A stretch of 55,859 nt of DNA. It comes from Fonticula alba ATCC 38817 (Eukaryota; Protista; Nucleariida). Below, in pieces: positions 1 through 10,900 of the stretch. The stretch lies in assembly GCA_000388065.2 (NCBI GenBank), contig KB932215.1. One strand, written 5' to 3'. The translations under genes were made by a program, and so were the position numbers. The notes below the pieces were generated by a model. It was not told where the DNA came from. It did not search any database and saw only the letters and a program-made list of their open reading frames with translations. Numbering within the stretch: the stretch's first letter is position 1; each line of letters starts with the position of its first letter.

Positions 1-114
1 CCCCCCGCCCCTCGTCAGACCATTCACTGATGCATGGCACCCGGTTTGGGTCTTCCTCTCGCCCTGGTTTCCTCGTTCCCTCGTTCCCCCCCCCCCACCC
101 CCCGGCGGGCTTAG

Positions 115-3100
115 CTGGTGGCCGTCCTTCACATGTATCACCAGCACTACCAACGCGTGACCCGAGTGACCACCGGGGCATTGTCCCTCCCGCCGGCCAT
201 CGCCCTGGCCGCGGAGGAAATCCACTCCTTCGGGCTGTATGTGGACCAGCTCCGGGCCGAGGCCGAGGGCAGCACGGCCGCCTCCCCCGGGTCCATGACT
301 CGGTCGCGCTCGGACTGGGAGCTCCTCTCGCTGCCCGGGCTCGATTCCAACACCGGCATCGACAGCAGCAGCTTTGTGGGCCGGTCTCGGGCGGCCGGTG
401 GCGGCCCGGGCAGCACGTCGTCCCTCAGCGGGGGGATGGGCCCCGGCGGGAGCCGGGCCTCGGCCACGCAGTCCGTCCGCACGACGGCCCTGCAGCTGGT
501 GTACGACCGGCGCCGGGCCAAACGCGAGGCCACCCTCCAGGACCCGGAGGGCTGGTTCTCCCGGCGGCTGGCGGCCTACCTGGACGCCGTGAGTCTCGGG
601 GTGCCGCTGACGGCCGTGGCGGCCGCCGGGCTGGCCATATCCCGCGGCACGGCGCAGCAGCTGGGCCCCGGCGACGGGTCGGCCCGGGATCTGGCCCAAG
701 TGGCCATGCGCCTGGCCGGGCCGATCGCCACCCCGGCCGGCCGGCCGCCCCTGGTCATGAGCACCTCCTCGGCCAAGGAGGGCTACGTGTGGAAGCGAGC
801 CCGGGTGCACGGTGGCGGCGGTGGCGGCGGCGGCGGCAGCAGCAGCCACACTGCCAGCAGCATCGCCGGCGGTGGCAACCCTCCTGCAGGCGCCGGTGAC
901 AGCTCGGACGCCGGGTCGGACGAGACAGAGGCGGCGGCGGCGGCGGCGGCGGCAGCGGCAGCGGCGGCAGCAGCCGCCGCCGCCACTGCACACGAGCCGC
1001 GCACCTCCCTGCTGGCCGTGTCGGCCCTGGCATCCGGGCAAATGCCCGTCACACACAGCATCACCCTGGCGCCGCCGGGGTTCGAGCATGGGTTCGGCGT
1101 GGCCGGCGTCCTGCCGAGTCCGCTGTTGCAGCCGGTCGGCTGTCTGGCCTGCGGTACGGGGGCCTGTGCGGCCGCCTGCCAGCCGGCCGGGCCGCGGCAG
1201 GTGATCGGCTTCCCCCGGGCGCCGACCGATGGGCTGGGCGGCCCCTCGACCGGCGGGGCCGATGGGCCTGACATGCAGGCCGACGAGGGGGCCGACCCTT
1301 CTGTCATCCGGCGACCGAGTGTCTCCTTTGCCAATGGCGGTGCCGGGCGCAGTGGTCCGTCCTGCCCCGGCTGCGGGGGGCCCCTATGCATGGGGCTTGG
1401 TCCGGGTGACGGGCCGGTCGGCCTGTGCGATGGGTGCGCCAGCCAGGTGGGCCCAGGGCGGTCGGATTCCTCCGGGTCCTTGACTGGTCCCGGGTCCGGG
1501 GCCTCGGCCACCACATCCATGACGAAGGCCGCCCTGTCGGCGGCCTACTCGCTGGCCACGCTGCCGGTGTCCATGACCAAGCAGCTGGCCACCGGGGCCG
1601 GTGGCGCCGGTGGCGGCGGCACTGGCGGCGGCACTGGCGGCCCCGGCAGTGGGAGCAGCAGCCACACCGCCGGCGAGCCAGTCGGCTCGGATGCCGGGCC
1701 GCGGGATGTTTCCCGCGTCCGGCGGCTCTTCGCCCGGCCGCACAACGAGGTGGTCTATGTGGCTGGCGGCGGGCTGGTGGGGGCCGGCGGCCCGGCGGCC
1801 ACCGTGTCCCTGGAGCAGCAGGCCCTGGCTCGGCAGCGCCCGCTGGACCCGGCGTCGATCCCCTACTTCCCCCATTCGACGCCCTTCCACTTCCACGGGC
1901 GGCTGGGCATGCATCATGCGCAGTCGCCGCTGGAGCAGGGGGCCTGCCTGGCGCCGGCGTATGCCTCGGCCGGGCGCAGCCGGGTGCCGGTTTTGTCGCC
2001 GGTTCCCCTGTCGCCGGTGCCGGCGGCCGCATCGGCGGCTCCTGGTGGCGGGGGCTCCACCGCCTCGGACCAGACGCCCCCCTGGCTCCGGGCGTACCTG
2101 GCCCTGTGTCAAGCCACCGGGCGCCTGGAGTATCGGACCTACACCCGGTCGCGTGGGTACCAGGTGACGGCCGTCGTGCCGAATGTGGTCCTCTGCAGTG
2201 TGCGCATTGTCAGTGGCGTCAGCGCCGGGGAGCATGCGGCGCACGGGCACCACCGGCAAATGGACCCGGCCTCCAGCAGCCTGTCCAACCAGTCCTCCCC
2301 CTCGCTGGTGCATGTCCTCCCGGGCGAGGGGGCCGACCCGAGTGCCGGGGTTCTCTCCCCGTCGACTGGCCCGGCTGCCGCGCACCCCTCCCTTTCGTCG
2401 TCGTCGTCGTCGTCGTCCTCCTCCTCGTCCTCTTCCTCCTCGGCCTTCATCTTCGAAATCATCTCCCCGCAGGCGTGCGTCGCATCCCCGGGCTTTATCC
2501 GCCCCGCCCCCCCCCTCCCCTTTCTCTGCCTTCCCATGGGCCGGCCACCTTGCCGTATTGCTTGCCGCTCACCGCTGATGATCGTCTTTTGCTTGGGCCG
2601 CCCTGCCCCGTCCCACTCCCCGCCCCGGTGGACATGCCCTCAGGACGATCACCGTGCAGACGGAGACCGAGCATGAGCTGCGCGACTGGGTGCAGACCAT
2701 CGAGGAGGTCCGCCGGCAGCAGCTGGACATGTTCCAGGGTATCGAGCGTGCGTGTCTTTCCCCTGCCCCTGTGTGTCTCTGTGTCTGCGTGCTTTCACGT
2801 TCGTGTGTTTTCATGTCTTTGTGTCCAGCTGTGTCCAGCTGTGTCCAGCTGTGTCCAGCTGTGTCCAGCTGTGTCCTTCATTCCTGCCCGCTCCCCTCCA
2901 GCGACGGACCCGCTCCTGATGTCCCCCTGTGTCCTCCTATGTCCTTCGCGCGTCTTTGTTCCTGGCCCCCCTTCCCCTCCGGCCACGAGCTCACTCCTGC
3001 TGTCCGCCCCCCCCCCCCCCCCATCTCTCTCTCCCTCTGACCCTTCTCCTCCCCCGCCCGGCTTGCGCCACAGGTGCGCCCCCGCCGCAGGAGTGCACCC

Positions 3101-6100
3101 TCGCCGCGTCCGGCAGCCGAAGCAGCCACAATCCCCTGCTCGGGGTGGCGCTCTTGGCCTCGCCGACGGCCTCCATGGCCATCGTCCAGGGGCGCTCCTC
3201 GGCCGCGCTGCTGGCCCTGTCAACGGCCCCCTCCTGGTTTAGCGCGCATCTGGCCTCGGATGCCCTGCTAGACTATGACATCGGCGACTCGGTGACCGTG
3301 CTCATGTCGGATCTGATCCAGATGTCCGGCGTGAGCAGCGGCCTGCCGAACAACTTCCTCGGGCTGTCGTCCGGCCATGTTGGCGGCGGCCCGGCCGGTC
3401 CCGGGCAGTTCCAATACCCGGACCCGCACTTCCTCCGGCTGAACACCGAAATGCATGGGCTCTTCAAGTCCATCCCGCTGCGGGACTTTGTCTTTGACTG
3501 TGCGTGCCCTCTCGCTCTCTCTCTCCCCCCCCCCTCACACCGATTGCCCCGGGATGGGGTCTTCCGCGCGCCGCTTGCCAGGCGCGCCCAGCGCGCCTGC
3601 CGGTGCCGCGTGGGCCTGAGCCCTGTCCACTGGAGCCGGCCTGCCGGCCGGGCCGGGTCCGGGCAATCGTGCCGGGCTGTGTGTGTGGCATCCTCGCACC
3701 CGCTCCTCGCAATGGCAGCCCGACGCTGACGCATGCATTAGCCTTTGTCTGCTCCTGGAAGCGGTCCATCCTGCACCAGGGGCGCATTTACCTCACGCAG
3801 AACCGGCTCTGCTTCTATTCGAACATCGTCGGGCGCGTGCGGCTGGTCATCATCCCGCTGACGTCGATCACCAGCATTGAGCTCCGGACGCCGATCATCT
3901 TCCACACGGTGGAGGTGACCGTCGGCGGGGAGGACTCCGCCGAGGAGGACGCCCCGGCGGCGCCGACCGCGCCGAATGCCCCGAATGGCGCCGGTGCCGG
4001 CAGCGGCCCGGCCAATGGCCCGGCAGCCAGCGGCGACAGCCCGGCCGCCGTGCGCCATGTCTTCGTGGTCCTGCCCCGTGTGAGCAGCCTCCTGTACGAG
4101 TCGCTGGACCGGCTGTGGAAGAATGCTCGTAGTGCAAATGTGCGTGCCGCTGCCCTGTCGCGCCGGGGTCTCTCGGGGCGCCCGGCTGCCGGGGGCCCCC
4201 CGGGCGTCTCTCGCCTGTCCGCGCCCCCCCCCCCCCCCCCCCCCGCCTCCTTGGCCCCCTGGCAGCTAACCTCCTCCTCTTTCCCGTCGTCACGGCCGCA
4301 GCCACTGCCCTACCAGCGGCTCTTCCCGTTGATGTATCAGAATTACCGGAACCTGGGCAGTGCGGGCGGCCCGGCGTCTGGGGCCGGGCCGAATGCAGCG
4401 ACACCGCCGAGCCTGGGCCTGCCGGCGGCGCCGGAAACCCCGGGCCGCGGCGGGGCCCCGGGCAGCTCCCCCTGGGCGGACACCGGCCTGGCGGCGGCAG
4501 GGCCTTTGGCATCCCCGGGGCACCCGCCGGCCGAGGCCCTCGCCATGGGCCCCGGCGCGGCTGACATGCCCGGCACCTGGTCCGAAGCTCCGGAGGCGGG
4601 GCCCGGCGGCTTGGCCACCTTCGGCGCGGTGACCGGGTCCCCGGTGCCGGACCCGGTCCTCCCGCTGTCGTCACTGTCGCTGCCGCCGCCGTCAGTGGAA
4701 TTGCCGCTGGTGCCGATCGAGTCGCACTTGCAGCCCATCGGCCAGAAGCAGGCCGAGCTGGATGGCCTGCTGCTGGACCGGATCTACCCGGTCCCGGTGA
4801 AGGTCCTCCATGATCGGCTCTTTGGCGGCGACGCCACCGGCAACTTGATGGGCGTCTTCCACCAGGCACGCGGCGAGGCCGGTACGCATCTTTGCCCGCC
4901 CTTTTTTTTTTCGCCCTCCTCGCCGGGCCGCCTGCCACGCGTGGCTTCCCCTCCCCCCCCCCTGTGCCCGGCGGTGCCGCCTCCTGACCTTCGTCGCTGC
5001 CTACCTGGCATTCCCCCCCCCCCCCCCTGTGCGCACCATCGACAATCGGCCCGCTTGGCCGGTGCCTCGCCGTGTGCCGGGCGCGGGCAGATTTCCGGGC
5101 GGACGCCTGGCGGCGCCTCGGCGCCGGGACCGAACCACTGGCTCGCGTCGTCCGGTACCGCTGCCTTTCGGAGCAGCGCTATCTGTCCCCCAGCCAGAAC
5201 GGCCGGGCGCTCATGCAGTTCTACTCGCACCATGAGGAGTTCCTGCATTATGTCATCGACGGGTGGCTCTCGAATGAGGGCGGCCCGGGGACGGCGGCGG
5301 CGGCGGCGGCCACCGGCCCGGGGCCCGACGGCCAGGCAGACGACCCGGCGGCCGGGCCCCTCGCTGCCTTGGCCCCGGAGGCGGCTGCCGCCCTGCGCGC
5401 CCACCTCCACCCCGGCACCCTGCCCGTGGGGGTGGCCTTCCGGGTGAGCATGACCTACATCAGCCTGCACGAGTCGCGCTTGCAGATTTCCTTCGAGCTG
5501 TCGGACAATCTGCACCGGCATGTGCGCGACCCGGCCAACGGCCCGCTGGCCAACCTGTTTACCCGTCTGCCGGTGATCTTCGGCTCGGCTCAGCGTGCGT
5601 TCTTTTTGTCCAACCCCCCCCCCCCGCCCCCGCCCCTCCTTCCTCCTCGCCCTTCCCCCGGGTGCTGACGCGGTTCTGTGGGCGCCGGGCGGCCCTCCTC
5701 CCTGGCGTGGGGTGCCTCGCGCTGGGGGCCGTGCCGGGATCCAGGCTTCTGGCGCCGGCACGCGGCCACCATGCTCAAGCGGTATGTCTTTGACTTGGAG
5801 GCCTTCCTGCACATGGCCTTCTCGCTGAAGCCCCACCACCGGCTGGGCTTCCGGCCGATTAGCTCCTTCCGGGTGTCGGTCCCCCCGTCGGTGCCCTTCC
5901 TGATGCCGGTGTTCGACAAGCTCCGTCGAACGTTCGACCCGCGGCGGTCTCTGCCGGCGCGCTTGCGCCTGGTCCTGCTGCTGGCCCTTGTCGGGTGGGT
6001 GATCACCGGTCTGCTGGCCTCGCGCTTGGGGCAGCAGGCTCGAGCCTGGCGGCGCCTGGTGACGGCGGGCCTGCACCCGGCGGCCGAGTCGCCGGCCCCG

Positions 6101-7432
6101 GGGTTGCCCATGGCCGGGGACCCCGGGGCGGCCGTGGCGGCGGCCACCGCCGCGGCCGCGGCCCTAGCCGGAGTGGCGGCCGACACCGCCTTCGACCGGT
6201 GGTTCGGCACTCGCTATGCCGAGGGTGCCGGCGGGGCGGCCGGGGCCGACTGGGCCATGCCCGACGCCCGGGCCCCGGGTCGCGGCATGCTCGCCGCCGG
6301 GCACTTCCCCTGTGACGGCCGGCCCGCGGCCGCGTGTGTCGGCGAGGGTGCCCGCTTTGCGGACCTCCAGCATGTGGGCTGGAGCCCGGCCGTGCGCTTG
6401 GCCCGGCCGGCCGAGCCCCCAGGCCGCTGGGCCGGGCTGGCCATGGTCGACACCTGCCCGGCGGCTGGCTGCCATCCCTGTGTCGCTGGCCGGCAGGCGG
6501 AGCCTGGCGACGCGCCCACCGAGGCCCCGGCCCATGGGGGGCATCACGACACCGGTCAGGGCACTTCGCCCCCCGGCACCGGGCAGGATGCCCAGCGCCG
6601 TGCGGCCATCGGCCTGGCCGAGTCCTCGGTTGCCGGGGAGCCCGACCATGGCCATGGCCCGCATCACCACCACCATCACCACCACTTCCACCACTTCCAC
6701 CACCACCACTACCATGTGCCGGCCGGGCTGCATCCCGGGGCCCTGGGTTCCGATGGCTGGCGCACGCTCTCCGAAGGGGAGGTGCTGGCCGGTGGGGGTG
6801 GCCGGCCGGTCGACGGGGCCCGGACGCCGGCCGACCCGGCGCCGGCGGCCCCCACGGCGCCGGCGCCTCCGCCCTCGGTGGCTCCAGGGTCCTGGTGCTT
6901 GGCGGACCTGGTGAGTGATATCAGCCGGTCGCTGACCGACTCGATGGACCCGCCGGCCGGGCTGGAGCTGTGTGTCCTGGCACGGCCATCCCCGGGAACG
7001 GCTCTCGGGGCGCTCATCGGCCGCGGGGACCGGCGGGCGGACCACGCGGCCAGCGTGGTGGTCGGCCTCCGCCGGCGCATGTTCGACGCATGCCGGCAGC
7101 TCCAGGCCGCCGAGCGCGCCCTCTCGGAATCCGTCTACCTGGAGGCTCTGCTGGCCGAGGTGCGGGACTGCCTGGCGGCCGGGCCGCAGCCCGGCCACGG
7201 CCCGGCGGTGGCCACCAATGCCACCGCTGCGGGCATGGCCGCCGGGCTTCCCGGGCTTTCCGGGCTTTCCGGGCTCCTGACCCGTGGCATAGATGCCCTG
7301 CTGCCGAAGTGGCGGCCGAACGCCAGCCCGGGCGACATGGCCTGTGCCGCGGCCGTCCACGAGCTGGTCACCCTGTTTGGGCATTCGCTGCAGGAATTGT
7401 CGGCCAGCTTGGCCTCCGTGCCGGGGCGATGA
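115..7432 (+). CDS. Sip3/Lam1-like lipid (sterol) transfer protein, PH-GRAM-VASt(StARkin)-TM; 5' end lies upstream of the window
   Basis: Exons 115-2474, 2644-2747, 3074-3499, 3742-4139, 4302-4881, 5091-5594 and 5745-7432 (6060 nt, phases compatible); possible micro-exon at 19-43. PH domain: KEGYVWKR ... WLRAYLAL ... FIFEIISPQ/ATITVQTETEHELRDWVQTIEEV. GRAM domain: MHGLFKSIP..DSFVCSWKRSILHQGRIYLTQNRLCFYSNI. VASt-like segment: LLLDRIYPVPVKVLHDRLFG ... FRVSMTYISL..SRLQISFE. TM helix LVLLLALVGWVITGLLA at ~5969-6028. The helical segment before the PH domain fits the end of a BAR domain (inference). Confidence 0.8.
2821..2876. repeat. 10-bp intronic tandem repeat (GTGTCCAGCT x5.6)
   Basis: Perfect tandem copies read directly; inside intron 2748-3073. 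Confidence 0.97.
6647..6715 (+). repeat. Coding His-rich tract (16 His in 22 aa)
   Basis: HGHGPHHHHHHHFHHFHHHHYH in the last exon of gene 1. Confidence 0.9.
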
Positions 7433-7953
7433 TGGGTAGCCGGCTCGGCGTGGCCTCCCGGCGGCCCCGCCATGGGGGCGCCTTGTGTCGTCAGAGCCCT
7501 CCCGCCCGCGCCCCCCCCCCCTTTTTCCCCCGGCGGCCGACCGGGGGCAAGGCGGGAGGGGCACGCGGAATAAATCCCCTCCCCCCCCCCCGACACGGTG
7601 ATGGGCTCTTTCTTTCTCCCCCCCCCTCTGATCAAGCCGCCGGCTCACTTTCGGCCACATTATCGAGTGGGCGGGTGTATTGATGGAGGAGTGCGCGCAC
7701 GCCGGTGGACATCTTCCTTCGCACATGCGTGGGCGTATATATGTGTAAGGCGCCGGGCGGGCGCGTGCCTCGGGGAAGAGGGAGATGGGGAAATCTACAG
7801 GGGAGAGGGGGGGGGCGGCGGCGGCCTCAAGCTCGCCGGGCAGCGCCCAGTGGCGGAGGGGCGAGAGAGAGAGAGAGAGAGATGCAAAGGGCAATCCGAG
7901 GGATGGGCAGGGCGCGGGGTGTCGCAGGATGTGGACGCCGGCATGCTGCACTT

Positions 7954-10900
7954 CTAGAGGAAAACCTGCAGCGGGACGAAGCTCTCCTTGACCAGGATGG
8001 GCGGGGTGAGGCGCTCACGCGACAGGAACTCCGTCGGGTAGGGGACCAGGTGGCCGCGCACGCCGGACAGCATGAAGAGCACCCGGCCAAGGGGGTCGCT
8101 CAGGTCGAAGGCCGCCGGGGAGGCGGGCGGCGGCACGGCGGCCGGGACGGTCGGCGGCTCCGGCGAAGGGGCCGCCGTGCTGTCGTCCGGGTCCGCCACC
8201 GTCGGGGCGCGGCCCCCGGCCAAGGTGTCGGCCTCGTCATCCTCGACGTCGGTCACCAGCCCCGGCGCCGGGGCCGGCCGCGGGCTCGAGGGCCGGGGCG
8301 ATTCCAGCTCCACATGCTCCGGCGACAGGGATGACGCGACGGCCGGCACGACGATCTTGCGCTCGCCGGCGGGCCCATCCCCATGGGCCGGGGCCGTCGG
8401 TGGCCACGGGTCGGGCCCCGGGGGCGGCTTCTTCAACGGGTCGCCCGGGCCGCCACCGAAGCCGGGCAGCGAAGCCGGGCCGGCCCCGAGGCTGACCGGG
8501 CCTCCGGCCTGGCGCGTGCGCGCGGCGTGCTCCACCACGGCGGCCACATTGCGAATGGCCGTCTGGTCGGCCATCGGCACGGCGCCCGGGGTGGATCCGA
8601 TGCCACGCGGGCCGATGGGGCCCGGCGGGCCGACCCCGGCACGCAGGGCCGCATCCGACGGCGACACCGAGTCGGGAATGGTATCCAGCGAGGGGTCGCT
8701 GCTGGGGGGCAGGTCCTCCGGCACGGTGCTCAGCCCGGCGCCGGCCGGGGGAGGGGTCCCGACAGGGGTGGCCCCGCTGGCGGCCGCAGGCCCAGCCGGG
8801 GCCGCCTCCGTCCCTCGACCGGTCATCTTCGACTGGCGCAAGGTGGAGATGACCGCCGGGCCGAACTCCGCCACCGAGGTCGACACGGCACTGGCCAGAT
8901 CCCCGCAGAAGCGGTGGTACTCGTCCCAAGTGCGCACCGCGTCATCCGGCACACAGCGGAAGACGTCGCGGTAGATCCGGGCATTGCGCTGCGACGTGTG
9001 CAGCCAGATGCTGGCGAAGAAGTCCACATGCACCGGGTCCAGCAGTCGCGGGTCGTCGATGCTGGCCATGCCCAGGTGCTCGGCCATCAGTTGCCTGTGT
9101 GGTGTAGGTGGCGAGCGGGGGAGCGGGGAGATGTCAGTCAGAGGCCGGCCGGGCGCCAAGAGGCAGGAGCAAGGGGCCATGCATGTGCCCGCGCGAAAGG
9201 ACCGAGAGGCGCATGCCGGGCTCCCGGCAGGGGGACGGCCGGGAGAGACGACCGGCGCAAGTGGCGAGAGGCCCGACCCCGCGCCAATGCAGCTGACCAG
9301 GCCCCCCCGCGCTCTGCTTGCACCCGGGGGCCGGAAAAAAAAAAAAAAAAAAAAAGGACCCCGCCCCGGACGGGGCGCAAGTGGCATGGGGGGACGCACC
9401 GGCGGAGCATGGCCGGCACGCGGCCGACCATGCAGTCCCGGCCGTTCATGCGCCCGGGGATGAGGTTGGTGTCCTCGATGCGGAGGACAATTTCCGAATC
9501 ACGGAAGCCGAGCATGCTTCGGTCGTTGATGTTGGCTGGAGCCCGGAGGGGGCAGGCGCATGTCGGGTGTCAGTGGGCCGCGTGCCGATACCAGCACCGA
9601 AGGCAAGCAGTGAGAGGGAAGTGCAGGGGGGGGGGGGGGGGGAGGGGGCAGCCTTGGCCTGGACACAGGCGTGCGTACCGGAGCCAATGAGCGCCACGCG
9701 GTCGTCCACCACCATGCCCTTGCTGTGGACGTAGACAATTTCGGTGGCCACGCCGCCGCCGCCCTCCTCCGGCACGCGCTCCCAGTTGCGCAGGCCGCAG
9801 AAGGAAATGTAGTCTCGGGCATTGATGCCCCGGCGCTCGAGGCGCGCCAGCAACGATCGCGGCCCGCGCGAGATACTCTCATACTGGCGCTCCATGACGA
9901 TGCGCAGCGACGCGGCCCGGGTCTCATGGACCCGGCCCTCGAAGGCCGGCAGCAGCGGCAGGATGACATAGATGCGGAAGGCCGGCGCCGGCCCGGCGGC
10001 CAGGGCCCGGAGCTCCTCCTCGTCGGCGGTGGCCAGCGGGCGAACCAGCAGCGGCCCCTCGGGGCCGGCATCGCCGCACGCGGCGCACGGGCTGCCCTCG
10101 GGGGCCGGCGACGCGGCGGCACCGCCGGCCGCCGCTTGGGCCATGACCGCCTGCCGCAGGCTCGACAGCGACCGGGTGGCCGCCGGGGCCCCGGGCCCGG
10201 CGGTGGCCCCAGCACCCCCGCATGCGGCACATGCCGGGCCGACCTCGGCCCGGAGCCGGAGCTCCTCCAGGGCTAGGTCATAGGTCAGGCGGTCCTCATG
10301 GGCGCGGACAATGCGCTCGTAGATGGCCCGGCCGATGTGGTTCTCCACATGCCCGGGGATGTCCAGGTCGCTGTCGGCATCCGGGTGCGAGGACCCGGTG
10401 TCATCGGTGTCGGTGTCCATGCCCAGGCCCCCGCCGGGGCCATGGGCGAAGGAGCTGTCGCCGCTGGTCAGATCCCCGCCCCCGGGCATGGCGTTGCTGT
10501 CTTCCGAGCCGAAGATGGAGCTGGCCCGCGCCGCCGGCCGGCCGCCGGCCGCCGGAATGGCCGCCGAGCTGGTGATGAAGAACTGGTTCTCGATGTAGAT
10601 GAAGTGCTCGGCGTGCGTGATGGCATGCATGTAGGCCTGGTAGATGGAATTGTCCGTGACCGCCAGCCCGCTGGACCAGCGCCCGGCCGAGCGGAGCACC
10701 TGCACCTGGCACGTGGCCGGCACCGGTTCCGTGTCGTACGTGTCGAAGACCGCATCGTCGGCCTCGGCGTCGTCGAACTCCTCGGCCGGGTGGGCGCCGG
10801 CGCCCGGGGCAGCGGCCGCGGCCGCGGCCGTGGCCCCGACCGCCGGCAGCCCGGGCGACATGTCCCGCGACCCGGCCACCGACTCCACCGACCCGCCGGG

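Noticed and set aside
19-114. Micro-exon 19-43 with intron 44-114
   Set aside because: Phase compatible, but the donor GTTTGG departs from the consensus and the upstream context is missing; it was not counted among the 28 introns.
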